From NCBI GenBank assembly GCA_963665235.2, contig CAXXLX010000002.1, positions 224,001 through 288,000 of the forward strand: a DNA stretch of 64,000 bases, given 5' to 3'. Made by a program: the position numbers and the translations under genes. Positions 40,596 to 51,427 of this stretch are shown piece after piece. The DNA comes from Candidatus Poribacteria bacterium (GTDB lineage: Bacteria; Poribacteria; WGA-4E; WGA-3G). A model generated the notes under the pieces. It did no database searches, had not been told where the DNA came from, and saw nothing but the letters and a program-made list of their open reading frames with translations. Numbering within the stretch: the stretch's first letter is position 1; each line of letters opens with the position of its first letter.

Positions 40596-41336
40596 TTACG
40601 CATCAGCGTTAGTCTTGGTTGCTTCAGCATCCGCATCCGAGTTAGGACATGTTGTTTCCGCGGGTTCCGACTCTGCACAAAGTAGGTCAGTAGACGGTAT
40701 TAAGGGCGTTTTGTCTGATTTGCGTACGAGTGCCACAAGGGCAGCATCAACAATACCTGCTAAATGGTATTTGGGGTCATAGTCTACTACTTGTTTGAGT
40801 TCTAGCCGTAGGGGCAAGTTCTTTTCTGCCAATTTTACATCCTTCAACGGTGGTATCCAGATTTCTGCTCCTCGGTCTTCTCGCAATTTTACCCAGCGTG
40901 TCTGTGTGCATTTAACGTCGGTACCCCACAAGGCGTGGTATTCTGTTAGAGCCTCTCTCTTTTTCCGAGACTTTTCTGGATTGTCCTGATCGTTTTCATT
41001 ACAACCGATCCAAACGTGCTTTTCGTCTTCGACATCAAATTCCAGCAGGCGTGCATAATGTTTGCCATCCCAATCTCGCCAGACGTGCCATTCGCCTTTC
41101 TCACCGAAAAGACGGAGATCGCTCACCAGTTCCCAATCCGGTTTCCATTTTGATTCTTTTTCCGATTCTGATTCTTTATATGGGGGCCAGCAGATGTCGT
41201 TTGGGGATACTACGCCAAAGCCGATAAACCCTGGTTCTTGCACCAAAACCCATGCTAAATCTTTTTCGGTAACATTGGACAGATGGCCACAAACCCATGA
41301 TTCATTGAGTTCTTCTATATGCGTTTTATTCGGCAT
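40596..41336 (-). CDS. csx19: Csx19 (TIGR03984-like) type III-D subunit
   Basis: DLRLFGEKGEWHVWR and LWGT motifs plus operon position. Start inferred at MPNKTH. Confidence 0.75.
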   Translation of the reverse strand: MPNKTHIEELNESWVCGHLSNVTEKDLAWVLVQEPGFIGFGVVSPNDICWPPYKESESEKESKWKPDWELVSDLRLFGEKGEWHVWRDWDGKHYARLLEFDVEDEKHVWIGCNENDQDNPEKSRKKREALTEYHALWGTDVKCTQTRWVKLREDRGAEIWIPPLKDVKLAEKNLPLRLELKQVVDYDPKYHLAGIVDAALVALVRKSDKTPLIPSTDLLCAESEPAETTCPNSDADAEATKTNADA

Positions 41337-42840
41337 CGGAATCCTCCTTGTCATTCTTCTTAGGTCGCCGTGATCCTTTAGGACGATCGGTATAGCTCTG
41401 CGCTGCATCGACACAGCATTGGAGAAAACCGGCATCACCATTTTCAACCGTCATGCGTTTGTCTTCGTCTTTTTTCAATTTCCATTCCCTTGTATTAGAT
41501 GGATCGGGGTCATCTTTATATATCAATTTTGCTGCGATACCTCGGAGTGTGCCGCGTCCGTTGCTTGTCTCCCCACCGAGAGCGGCATGTCCATACCAGA
41601 AATCCCGCAATGTCAACAGCAGTAAACCGATCTCCGCGTCGCCCGGTTCCTCCAACGTGAGTATTAACCGAAGATTGGATGCCGATTCTTTTTCAGCGAT
41701 TTCATCGAGACTAATCGGATAAACAGGCTTTTCGTTAAATAGGGCACCATCCAAGCTGCCACCAGTAAAGCGATCGATAGCAACACGATCTTGCCACTGA
41801 TATCGCACATTTTTCACTAGCTGCTCCTCAATCCTAACTCGACTTGCACGCGCATCCGGTTCCTGGTTCTTATCACCTTTTTCATAGACGTAACCAAACA
41901 TTTTGTCAACTGATTTCTCTGACCAACCAATAGTTTTCGCGATTAAGGTAGCACGATGGCGGAATGCACCGCCAAAGGAAGTTCCAGGAACAACGGGCTC
42001 TCCATCGGACTGTAGGTGTATCATGTCTGGGTCATCTGGATTTCCAGAGGAACTACGGATTAGCAGGGAGGTACACAGCTCAAAGTTAGCTTCAATACGG
42101 AAGTATCGTCGGTAATCGGATGGCAATGAGCGTATTTCTAAAGAGCTCGGGTCTCGAGACCAAGGATCGTCTCGGAGCCATGACATGACATCCTCCGGGT
42201 TGTTCATTTGCAAATCGCGTATTTGCCAAGTGCCTACTTTACCGCAACCATAACCGCGACGGGTGCGCGCACCTAATCGGATATTCCCATCCTGAAATCC
42301 GTGCAGAAGTGCCAAAAACAGTGCTGTTAAATCATAGTTCTTGTCCCCTTCACGAATCACACATTCCAGATTCAGTTCAAACTCGGTACCACGTTCAACA
42401 ACTTCTACATCAAACTTTGCTTTGTCCGCAGCGGATCCTGATTGTTTGTCCACGCGGACACCGTCTCGAGTTGATGTCGTCGCTTGCATACAGTGAGCAT
42501 CAGCAACTGTCAGAGCACTCATCGGGTCGGACTTCTCCACGGTATCTGCTTTTTCTGACCCACCGAAAAATCTTTTGAATTCTGATGATTCTTTGGTATG
42601 TCCTCCTTGATATTGCTTCCACGGTAAACTCTGGTGAGCGAGAAAGCTCCGTGCAGCACCAGTAATGGAGGCCCCAGGGATAAAAGGTTTCCCGGCTTCA
42701 TCCCTCAAGAGACACATATCTGCTATTCCAGTTTCGTCGCCGCCAAAGTGTGCTACACTCTCTAGTTTCCATGTCCCACGCGCATATAAGCGGCGGACAA
42801 CAGCATCATCCATAGGTTTTATGGTTGTTGTATTTGCCAT
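41326..42840 (-). CDS. cas7: Cas7-Cas7 (Csm3-like double RAMP)
   Basis: Two RAMP units: IPGASITG..LGARTRRGYG and VPGTSFGG..IDRFTGG..LGGETSNGRG. Confidence 0.88.
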   Translation of the reverse strand: MANTTTIKPMDDAVVRRLYARGTWKLESVAHFGGDETGIADMCLLRDEAGKPFIPGASITGAARSFLAHQSLPWKQYQGGHTKESSEFKRFFGGSEKADTVEKSDPMSALTVADAHCMQATTSTRDGVRVDKQSGSAADKAKFDVEVVERGTEFELNLECVIREGDKNYDLTALFLALLHGFQDGNIRLGARTRRGYGCGKVGTWQIRDLQMNNPEDVMSWLRDDPWSRDPSSLEIRSLPSDYRRYFRIEANFELCTSLLIRSSSGNPDDPDMIHLQSDGEPVVPGTSFGGAFRHRATLIAKTIGWSEKSVDKMFGYVYEKGDKNQEPDARASRVRIEEQLVKNVRYQWQDRVAIDRFTGGSLDGALFNEKPVYPISLDEIAEKESASNLRLILTLEEPGDAEIGLLLLTLRDFWYGHAALGGETSNGRGTLRGIAAKLIYKDDPDPSNTREWKLKKDEDKRMTVENGDAGFLQCCVDAAQSYTDRPKGSRRPKKNDKEDSDAE

Positions 42841-42875
42841 TACATTGTTTCCTATCTTTTTCTTTATTCTTTAGC

Positions 42876-45290
42876 CTATGTTCGTCGCTTACGGTAGAGC
42901 GAGGTTAGCAAATGATTGAGGAATACTTGGCACATTTCCTTACTGTCTCCCTTCAGTTCATCAATCAGGGTTTTTCGCGTGTTTGCATAACTTTCATCAA
43001 CGTCGTCTTCAACGAGTGCTTCTATCTGAGTCCGAATTAATGATTCAGTTAGGGTCTCAGGGGCACTCCAAGCTATCTTGAATAAATCATACAATGTTGT
43101 ACTTCTTGGAAACCACGGCATACCGGATCGAAGGGTTATTCGACAATTCGTCAAACCTTCCTTCGCTTGCCTACGTAGGTCGTTCAGAGTATCAATGGGG
43201 ACATCTTGTTGCAAAAAGAAACGTAGTCTCCCGAGGAGCGCGTTGCTTGGGATTTCTTGTATGGCACCACGGATAGTCGCTATGTTCATCGCTCCCTGCT
43301 GCATTTCTGCCAAACAGCGGGTTCGAGCGATCTCTTTAAGAAGGGCTTGAACACACGCGGGTATCTCTGATCCCCCGGGGACAGGGGGACTATCTTGATT
43401 GTTGGGATCGTCAAGCTGTGTTTCCATTGTATTTGTCAATTTAAAGCGATTGATCGCAATGCGCCCATAGCCTTCACCTTTACGCAGCCCTAAACCATCA
43501 TATTCCAATTCCACCAGACGTTTTTTGTCTATTTCTTTAAGTTCTTGCTTTAATTCAAACACAAAAACACTACCAGCAGCTATAGCGGGCCACTGCTGTC
43601 GGGGCAGACGCAAGTGGGCGTTATAACCACCAACTAATTCCGTACGGGTATAGCTGCGTAAAAGTTTCAAATCGTCCGCATTCAAAGATAGCAATTTTGC
43701 CAATTCCTGTTTGGGGAAACATGAATCTGGATGTCCATTGTCATTGACAACCAGTAACTGAGATAACGTGGTAACAATTAAGCAATTGCCAAGATTAGGA
43801 ACACTATGTCCCAGTTGTCCAATAAATCCATCCCACTCAACACACCCCTTCAATTGTTGGGGCCCCTTAGCATCGACCCATTCAAATGCTGCCTCGCCGT
43901 ACTGTGCACTGCGAGACCGCCCAAGTCTTATTAGGTTTGTCCCTTTCAACCACTTTTGCAAGTCTTTCAAGTCCGACTCTGAACCCAGGACCACTCCTTG
44001 AAATGTTTCGCCTGTCTGGATGGCTTCATATTGAAAGAAGGCTCCGCCAGCTGAAACGTCTGCCCCAAGGGCACGGCCTATGCGGCGATCTTTTGAAACC
44101 CGGGCATGATGATAATTTCGTTCTGTTCTAACCGATTGACTCTCCACGACACCTTTGTCTAGTTTAGCATAGCGACGCTCAAGACGTTTTTTAGGTCTTT
44201 TCTTTGAGTCCTCGTCCTGTGCTTCCACCAAATCTACTAGCGTTAACATTCTGCTGTCCTTGAATTGACGTATGGAATGCGGAATAGGAAGTAGACGTTG
44301 TATGGAATCATGGGCTTCAGGGTAAGCTGTCAGGAACCGTAATTTACCCTCAAGAAATACATTGCGAAACGCTTGATCATCCGGTGTGTGATTCGGCTGA
44401 TGGAGATAGTGCCAAGCAGCAGCCCCCCATACATTGCTACCCGGGATGTCTTGCCGAGTCACAACAGTATTTGAATCTCCTTCTGTCGCTGGAATAACGA
44501 CTGGTGCTGTCAAAGTCAACCGATATCGCAACAAATGTGTGGGAATGCCGCTATGTGAAAGAGAAGTATTGGATGTCTGCTTTCTTGATGTTTTGGGCGA
44601 CTGGCTCACCATGATGGATGGAAGCGAATTTTGGTTCAAAACTTTTTCTGTCAAGTCGCACTCTTGGTTACTCCCGTCACTTTCAATCAGACGACAACAG
44701 ACCTTTCCGAGTCCACGGGTACGTGCAGTGCCCATGTATTGTAAGGCAGCAGCACTGATAGCTAAGGCATTAAGCAATTCTTTATCAGGATGCAGAGTAA
44801 ACTGCACCGGTGCTCGAAATACCAACCCCGGTCGGAGAGTACGGGTAAGACGAAGTGTGTCCTCTTGTGCTACGCCGGTCTGGCGATCTATGGCGGTTTG
44901 GGCGCGCACAGTAGAAAAGTGTTGCACGACATCCTCGCGGAGAATTTTCCGGATATTCTGATGTTGCAGATATTCCAGCCAGGGTTTCAAAGACGATGCT
45001 TCTACCAATTCAGCGTTTCCTACATACAAAGCAACCTCTCTGTCACCAGGGCTTTTTCCGGACTCGCCAAAAATCTTCGATGCTGGCGTAGAAGTCTGGT
45101 AACACGCTCCCCAAGCATCCGTAACATCACGATAGGCCTCACGCCACAAGCCTTTCAGCCTTCTACCAGGGAGAATTGGTAAGCCCAAGTCGTCAGAGGC
45201 TATGTCGCGGTCAACTAAGCCAACACGTCCCTCGCCAGATGCCGATGTTAATGGTGATTGCAATGTAATTTGCAAGACATAATTCATCAT
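42876..45290 (-). CDS. csx10: Csx10-like Cas7-Cas5 fusion with helical C-terminus (possible Cas11)
   Basis: GLPILPGRRLKG, MGTARTRGLG, IPGSNVWG, LGRSRSAQYG and GLGLRKGEGYG motifs. Confidence 0.85.
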   Translation of the reverse strand: MMNYVLQITLQSPLTSASGEGRVGLVDRDIASDDLGLPILPGRRLKGLWREAYRDVTDAWGACYQTSTPASKIFGESGKSPGDREVALYVGNAELVEASSLKPWLEYLQHQNIRKILREDVVQHFSTVRAQTAIDRQTGVAQEDTLRLTRTLRPGLVFRAPVQFTLHPDKELLNALAISAAALQYMGTARTRGLGKVCCRLIESDGSNQECDLTEKVLNQNSLPSIMVSQSPKTSRKQTSNTSLSHSGIPTHLLRYRLTLTAPVVIPATEGDSNTVVTRQDIPGSNVWGAAAWHYLHQPNHTPDDQAFRNVFLEGKLRFLTAYPEAHDSIQRLLPIPHSIRQFKDSRMLTLVDLVEAQDEDSKKRPKKRLERRYAKLDKGVVESQSVRTERNYHHARVSKDRRIGRALGADVSAGGAFFQYEAIQTGETFQGVVLGSESDLKDLQKWLKGTNLIRLGRSRSAQYGEAAFEWVDAKGPQQLKGCVEWDGFIGQLGHSVPNLGNCLIVTTLSQLLVVNDNGHPDSCFPKQELAKLLSLNADDLKLLRSYTRTELVGGYNAHLRLPRQQWPAIAAGSVFVFELKQELKEIDKKRLVELEYDGLGLRKGEGYGRIAINRFKLTNTMETQLDDPNNQDSPPVPGGSEIPACVQALLKEIARTRCLAEMQQGAMNIATIRGAIQEIPSNALLGRLRFFLQQDVPIDTLNDLRRQAKEGLTNCRITLRSGMPWFPRSTTLYDLFKIAWSAPETLTESLIRTQIEALVEDDVDESYANTRKTLIDELKGDSKEMCQVFLNHLLTSLYRKRRT

Positions 45291-46933
45291 TCTTTATTTT
45301 CCTCTCTGTCATCTACATTACCGGTTTCTGGTTGGACTTCTATCCAGAAGTCGAGCACTTCGAGCGGATCGAAGTAGGGCGTGGTCGGGGCATCACCACC
45401 TGTCCATCCGGTGGCCCTTGCATCGCCCCCTACACCGGATGATGGCAACTCCACATTACGCCATTGTGCCCCCTTAATGAAATGTTCACTTGCCACTGGA
45501 CCTTGCGTTAGAGCGTGTAAGAGACCTTTAGCACGATTGCGGGGCCACCCCGACGATTGGAAACCCTTTAAAATTGAGATAAAATTGTTCCAATTGTCCG
45601 AACCTATTGACACCTCATAGGGGCGTTGATGCAGTACTTGTCCTTCAAGGCTGCGATACTGCACTTCTCTTAGAGCTGTAATGGATCGGGTAGCACCTTC
45701 TTGAATAATCTGAAAGTCTAACCAACTACCTTTTGAATCTCCTTCTTCACGACGGTATCGCTTGGCCAGCGCACAAAGTTCATCAGCAAAACCGTAAGCC
45801 CGGGCAAATGGGAACTTCGTTGGCACGATCGTGATGCCCGCGCACGCATCAACAGATTCTTTCTTGCCACAGACTTGAATGTTGCCAGAAGAAAACGCTT
45901 TTAGATAGAACGCGGCAAGATGGAGCCCAACACGACCATCGCAAACAAATGTCAAATCATCACCACCGTACACAATTGGACGCAGCGGGAATACCTCCGG
46001 CGGATTGTGAAGTGCCTCCAGCGGCAAAGTAGCCTTGAAGTGCAGTAATGTTGCCTCTAAGGCCCTATGAGACAGGTCTGTCGTAGAAGCCGAAAACGCG
46101 CGCAGATTATGGAGGAATTCGGCATCTTCTTGAGATTCTTTGTCCACTACTCGGTTGAGCCGCTCTCCCATTCCGTTACCATCTGCATGGACTATAGCAA
46201 TGTGGGATTCACCTTCGCTACCTCCTAATTCCTCTCCAAGTTCAATGGCGAAACGTTGTCCATCTGGCAAGTCATTCCCTGCTGAAAGAACCTTGGAAAA
46301 TTCATTTGCAATAGAGTCCTGAGCAGGCCCGGGAGCCTGTTGAGAGCCAACCTGATTTCGCTTACTCACTGCAGCTAGCGAGATCCACTGTTGGTCTTCT
46401 TTGCTAAGCATACTTGCCGGAAGTTCGGTAGTGGTACAAGAACGAACAATAGGCAAACTATAGAGAGTTGAACCAAACGGAAGTGCTTCCTCACAAGCAG
46501 ACAGATCGTCCAATGCCGTACGATACGCCTCGGCAAATGTGGCATTTACATCTCCATATCCAACGGCGATACGAAGTGCCGGAGCCTTATATAGCAGCTG
46601 GCAGCTCCACGCCGAGACTGCCCGGCGCGCAGTATCTCGGCTACTGCATAACAAGGCAGCGTTTCCACCACCGACATAGAGGAGATTGACATCTGAAGAT
46701 GCTGACAGTGCTTCCGAAAGCGCGGGAATAGACTTGGGTATGCTCTGTTGGTACTTATCCCAGCAGTCTGTGTTAACAGCAAGTCCTGTCCCCTGGATAG
46801 ATTCAATCATACCTTCTTTGAGCCAATATTTTGCCAAATAGGATGCCCCAATATTCTCCTTCAAATGGTTGCTCTGAAAGACATATTTCTGAAGACTAAC
46901 AGTACCGAAAACCAAAATGCACTGAATTGACAT
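45287..46933 (-). CDS. cas10: Cas10 (type III-D, no HD domain, intact cyclase palm)
   Basis: YVGGGNA, VHADGNGMG, YGGDDLTF, KFPFARAY..A.ELC..AK. Confidence 0.92.
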   Translation of the reverse strand: MSIQCILVFGTVSLQKYVFQSNHLKENIGASYLAKYWLKEGMIESIQGTGLAVNTDCWDKYQQSIPKSIPALSEALSASSDVNLLYVGGGNAALLCSSRDTARRAVSAWSCQLLYKAPALRIAVGYGDVNATFAEAYRTALDDLSACEEALPFGSTLYSLPIVRSCTTTELPASMLSKEDQQWISLAAVSKRNQVGSQQAPGPAQDSIANEFSKVLSAGNDLPDGQRFAIELGEELGGSEGESHIAIVHADGNGMGERLNRVVDKESQEDAEFLHNLRAFSASTTDLSHRALEATLLHFKATLPLEALHNPPEVFPLRPIVYGGDDLTFVCDGRVGLHLAAFYLKAFSSGNIQVCGKKESVDACAGITIVPTKFPFARAYGFADELCALAKRYRREEGDSKGSWLDFQIIQEGATRSITALREVQYRSLEGQVLHQRPYEVSIGSDNWNNFISILKGFQSSGWPRNRAKGLLHALTQGPVASEHFIKGAQWRNVELPSSGVGGDARATGWTGGDAPTTPYFDPLEVLDFWIEVQPETGNVDDREENKE

Positions 46934-46951
46934 CGTATATTCCTCACTTAC

Positions 46952-48082
46952 TTATTTCCAATGCAGATCTCTACGGAGGTATTTATAGAAATGATCTGAT
47001 AGAGACTGCCACTTATGACGTCCCCAGATTTGCAGAGGTAGGTCCGAGCTACCTGTCTCGTCTTGCAATTCTGCTTCAATGTATGGCTGGTCCTGTTGAC
47101 GAACACTACACAATACAATTGCACGTGCTTCATCACCACCAAGTTGTCTGGATCGAAGAATGGCCTCCATACCTTTCGCCTTAACCTCGTCAGCTCCGCC
47201 AGAAACAGTGCATGAAACTACGACAATTTGGTAACCTAACACTGCCACTACGTCCAATTCAAAAGGACGAACCCTTGAAGTAGTTGCATTGGATCGCCGA
47301 ACGTATACGTTATGGAAAAGTTCATAGTTACATCTTTGTGAATTCTGCCTACAAATTTTCTCCAATGCTGCTTTCATAGCTGCATATGCACCGTACTCAA
47401 GCAGGCGAAAATCGTGGATGAATCCATTAAGTGCTGCATTGCCGGCATCTATTTGTTCATCTGTGAGCTGACTGGGCTCCGGACAATCTTCTGTTACCTC
47501 ACGACCAACTTCCCGCTTCCAGTACGTGTGTCGGAAGGGGCCAAGCTCGAATCCATTCAGATCAGCAATGTTCGTAAGACTGGGATTAACATCTATACGG
47601 GTGTCCGTTACAAGCTTGTTGCTGTCCCAATCTACGATAGTCGGACCGTTGGGCGCGCGCGCATCTAAGTAGGAAGTTTTCATATCAATATTACTCGGCA
47701 ACGCAAAATCTTCAATAGCAGCAACAGTTTCAACACCCATAACCTTAGTTCCCCCCGTGTAATGAACGTGGATTTTCTCATCTGTCGGTAAACTTGGAAT
47801 AAGTCTCGTATTGATTTTATCGCGAACCTTTCCTGGATCACCTGCTGATGTTTCGTAAGTTTGGACATCAGGGATGTGTCCACAGTGTTTTTGTAGTCGC
47901 TCCTTTTCGTCACTTGTACCTGCGGTATGGACAAGTCTGGTTGTAACAGAGGCATCCAGTTTATCCTTCAAATGATACCAAGCGACCCAAACAGGGAGCG
48001 GGTTGGTCCCAACTGTCATTATCAGTTGTGTTGCCATAACCATAATCTCCATCGTATGCATGAATAGCGAACATTTAGGCAC
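46952..48082 (-). CDS. CARF plus restriction-endonuclease-like nuclease (Can2/Card1-like)
   Basis: VGTNPLP and HYTGGTKVM (CARF); FELDV..VVSCT and RQLGGDEAR (nuclease). The true start may be ~16 codons later. Confidence 0.82.
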   Translation of the reverse strand: MPKCSLFMHTMEIMVMATQLIMTVGTNPLPVWVAWYHLKDKLDASVTTRLVHTAGTSDEKERLQKHCGHIPDVQTYETSAGDPGKVRDKINTRLIPSLPTDEKIHVHYTGGTKVMGVETVAAIEDFALPSNIDMKTSYLDARAPNGPTIVDWDSNKLVTDTRIDVNPSLTNIADLNGFELGPFRHTYWKREVGREVTEDCPEPSQLTDEQIDAGNAALNGFIHDFRLLEYGAYAAMKAALEKICRQNSQRCNYELFHNVYVRRSNATTSRVRPFELDVVAVLGYQIVVVSCTVSGGADEVKAKGMEAILRSRQLGGDEARAIVLCSVRQQDQPYIEAELQDETGSSDLPLQIWGRHKWQSLSDHFYKYLRRDLHWK

Positions 48083-50499
48083 TAAAAGTCATAGGGCTCA
48101 TAGGCTAATCCGCTTTCATCAACCCTCGGAAGTGCCTCTCGCCAATTACGTTCGTTCTCTGTAAACCATTGGAAGTTCTCACCTTCTGGAGTCGGTTCAC
48201 GCTTCAGGCGTGGATAATGAATCGGCGAGTCATCCACGGGGCCTTCTAGGATTTGTAAGAAATCCGAGATGAAATAGAGATCGCCAAAACTTGGAGAGGT
48301 ATTATACGCTGCCTCCATACTTGCCTGAAACGCCTGAATACATTGGTTTCGCTGATTGTCATCCAACGTAGCGGGCGGATCGGCATCAAAGGTAGCGTAG
48401 TACTTTTTCCAATCTTCGCTAGTACCGAGTGGCAAAACCCCGTCGTCAACCTCCAGTCTCACACTCCCGAAACCCAGCGGCTTGCCGTATCCGAGTTTGA
48501 AGTAATGTTTTTCAGGAAGCGTTAGCAGCCAAAGTAGTGCACCAATCTCTTCAGGTTGTAGATTTTGAACGTACAGAGATGCCTTAAACTCGGTGCCGGG
48601 CTTAATCCAACTTGTAATCGAACGGTTCTGTGGATCTGTTTGTGGTTTGCCATCTTTATCATCAGGCCGGCGGTATTCTTGATATCGACCTTTACGCTTA
48701 ATCTTCGTTCTGTCCTCAACGGATGGCTGCCAGTAGCACAGTGTTTGTTTGCTCTCCTCCAACTCGGCTTCTAGCCCTGCATGGTGCCAATATTGCTTAC
48801 GGCCCCGTAACCTCTTACTCTGACTTGCGTCATAACCCGCGTCCTGCTTCCTGACACCGTCTTGTGGATCACCTTGATCGTCAGCAACATAGAAACGGCC
48901 CTGCGCCGGTTTTGGTTGTCCTAAAATTGTCAGTGGCAGTTTGCCATTAAATTTCTTAACAATTTCTGGTCGTGCACCATCCTCACAGACAACCCGGAGA
49001 CGGCTCTTGTAACCTGCATCATCTCCTTGTTCCTGAGGCACCCACCCAAACAGACGATCTGCTGGAGACAGCTTATTTCTCTTACTCGCCGGCCGGAGCG
49101 ATGGATCAAGCAGATCTTTCGGGCTGTCGACGTACAATTCGCGGGATATCAGGACAGGAAAAAAATCTTCAATTTCTGTAATCTTTCCGCGCTTGAACTT
49201 ACAGCGGGCATATACCATATCACCCGCTTTTAGTTCAAGCGCGTCATGTACATCTCTACCCCAGCGGTCCTTGTGTTTACCGTCCTCATACAGATGTGGA
49301 GACCAAGCAGTTTGACCAGGGTCTCTGCCAAGTTTTTTCCAAGGTTCATCCTGTGCCCCCTTTCGATTGAAAATATCGTTTTCGGAGTGTGCATCCCGAT
49401 AACTTTGGATACGCATGCGCCAGTCCTCTTTGAGCTCGTCGGTCACAGGCAAAGTGGTTTTCATGGGATTGAAGAAAATACGTTCATCATGTTTGTTGTC
49501 CATGTTTTCATTAGTAATCAAAATATGTCCTTCAACAACGTTCCCTCCAGGCAACGGGTTATTAGGATATCTAGATTTTGGCCAAACTTTTGTCACCTTC
49601 AAATATTGGTAACTCCGGTGCCGGCGGCGATCAATTTCTACCCAAACTTCATCGCGAGTGCGCGGCCCATATCCTCCGATACACACTGAATTCTCCTGCG
49701 AATTTCTATGGTAACATGTTAGCATTGCAGCGTACATAGGACCATTGGGCCCTGTAGGTGTCGGCGTACTAGTTCCTGTATATAAACGCGCTACTAAATT
49801 CCCACCGCCAGCATCTTCAATAACCGCCGGAATGAGATTCAAAGCTTCTTGCGGCCTCATACGATAGGCTAATCGATCTCCGTTACTAAAACACGCGTAG
49901 CGCGAATTCGTCGCTATTTCATAGGCACTACGCAACATACCGCGCAAAGACGATTCCGGTAGAAAGTCAAGCACGTCATAAATTTGATGTTCCTTTGGCT
50001 CTCGTTCCGTGCCATCATTCTTAAGTAACACTAAGGGCGTAACCGTGGTTATCTTGATTGGGATATGTCCTGTCCACAAACCATCTTTGAGAGACGCATG
50101 ATCAAGAGGAGGATTATGTTCCAACGGATCGAAATCACCAGCAAATCCATTTGACGGCCGCGGAGGCGTGGGGACAAAGGTATATGGATTATGGAAATAG
50201 TCGTGTTCATCGTCAGTTGATAGCGTCCCCTCTGAAGGTGGTTGATGTCCAGTAGGTTGATGTTCTTTAATCCTCAATGGTCGTCCCATCATCTCTTGAT
50301 TATCCAATGCTTCTATCGCCCGTTCGCCTTCCTCTCGGTTTTCCATTACAACCGTCCCGGACCCATTAGATTTACCTTGATGGGGTCCACTTTGGTGAAG
50401 GTTAATTGTGACAGTAGTTACCGTTCCATACTGCTCAAAGTGTCTTTTCAAGTCAGTATCGGTAGCACGGTATGGCAAATTATCGACATAGATTTTCAT
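48082..50499 (-). CDS. TIGR03986-like Cas7-with-insertion, fused to an N-terminal RRM domain
   Basis: FHNPYTFVP, LPESSLRGMLRSAYE, PADRLFGWV, LRGRKQYWHH, KLGYGKPLGFG. Residues 1-80 are RRM-like. Confidence 0.88.
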   Translation of the reverse strand: MKIYVDNLPYRATDTDLKRHFEQYGTVTTVTINLHQSGPHQGKSNGSGTVVMENREEGERAIEALDNQEMMGRPLRIKEHQPTGHQPPSEGTLSTDDEHDYFHNPYTFVPTPPRPSNGFAGDFDPLEHNPPLDHASLKDGLWTGHIPIKITTVTPLVLLKNDGTEREPKEHQIYDVLDFLPESSLRGMLRSAYEIATNSRYACFSNGDRLAYRMRPQEALNLIPAVIEDAGGGNLVARLYTGTSTPTPTGPNGPMYAAMLTCYHRNSQENSVCIGGYGPRTRDEVWVEIDRRRHRSYQYLKVTKVWPKSRYPNNPLPGGNVVEGHILITNENMDNKHDERIFFNPMKTTLPVTDELKEDWRMRIQSYRDAHSENDIFNRKGAQDEPWKKLGRDPGQTAWSPHLYEDGKHKDRWGRDVHDALELKAGDMVYARCKFKRGKITEIEDFFPVLISRELYVDSPKDLLDPSLRPASKRNKLSPADRLFGWVPQEQGDDAGYKSRLRVVCEDGARPEIVKKFNGKLPLTILGQPKPAQGRFYVADDQGDPQDGVRKQDAGYDASQSKRLRGRKQYWHHAGLEAELEESKQTLCYWQPSVEDRTKIKRKGRYQEYRRPDDKDGKPQTDPQNRSITSWIKPGTEFKASLYVQNLQPEEIGALLWLLTLPEKHYFKLGYGKPLGFGSVRLEVDDGVLPLGTSEDWKKYYATFDADPPATLDDNQRNQCIQAFQASMEAAYNTSPSFGDLYFISDFLQILEGPVDDSPIHYPRLKREPTPEGENFQWFTENERNWREALPRVDESGLAYEPYDF

Positions 50500-50557
50500 C
50501 TCGTTCCTCTATTGAATGTTGAACTTGAAGACTTCCTTCTTTAAGATATTAGATTTT

Positions 50558-51427
50558 CTAAACATGCCTAACTGCGGCACACAAACTATCGTTCAAATTT
50601 GTATGGTCGATGCTGGTAGTCACAAATCCCCAGGTCAATCTCGATAAGGACGCTCGGATGGACCTATCCTGTATGTTGCCTGTTACGCCGCCGCGTCGCA
50701 ACATATGAATTATAAAACGCCTTACAATGCCAAACGCGAAGTGTCCTGGAAGTAAATCAATGAAACGATGTTTCTTTAAAAACCCGTTAACCAAGACTTC
50801 CGCAGTAGCAATGCCTCCAACGCTAACGTGCACAGCCGCGGTACAGGACCAGTGATCAATTCTGTCAGCGTGGAAATCTATTTTTCCCTTCGTTGCAAAA
50901 AATCTGTCTGGCTCCCTGAGAAAACTCCGAAGATGTGGTGCTTCGTTGTGCCGTGCTATATCTAATACGAGTAGGTCCTTAAAGTTAGCTTCTACATTTT
51001 TGAGGAAGAGCCAGAATTCATTTGCTAGCGAAGGGAAATGGGGTCCGGGAACCCCATTCATACGGTCAAGACAAAACTTCTCTATCGGTTTTGCTTCAAA
51101 AAGATAGTTTTCAACAGAATGCCGATGAAGTAAAACAACTTGTGGGCCTAGACTCGGGGGAAACGGCAAAATGTCATAATCCCCATCAAGAATAACAACG
51201 TAACGGCGTTTTTTTACTTTGAGCGCATTTACTAGGGCCATGCATTTTGGTTTTCCACCCGCTGATTTTATTACACAATTAAACCGGTTAAGGAATGGAT
51301 CCCTTGTACAGATTTCGTCGTAGAAAGTCCAATCAGTTTTCCCCTCAACATAGATAACTACATCCTTTTTAGGATGAAAGTGAGGGGTTGCTATTAACCC
51401 AGGGACGGTTCGTGAAAACGTACTCAT
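50558..51427 (-). CDS. DUF4435 TOPRIM-like protein (PARIS AriB-like)
   Basis: IYVEGKTD, LDGDYD, HSVENY; 4-bp overlap with the upstream ATPase. Confidence 0.8.
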   Translation of the reverse strand: MSTFSRTVPGLIATPHFHPKKDVVIYVEGKTDWTFYDEICTRDPFLNRFNCVIKSAGGKPKCMALVNALKVKKRRYVVILDGDYDILPFPPSLGPQVVLLHRHSVENYLFEAKPIEKFCLDRMNGVPGPHFPSLANEFWLFLKNVEANFKDLLVLDIARHNEAPHLRSFLREPDRFFATKGKIDFHADRIDHWSCTAAVHVSVGGIATAEVLVNGFLKKHRFIDLLPGHFAFGIVRRFIIHMLRRGGVTGNIQDRSIRASLSRLTWGFVTTSIDHTNLNDSLCAAVRHV

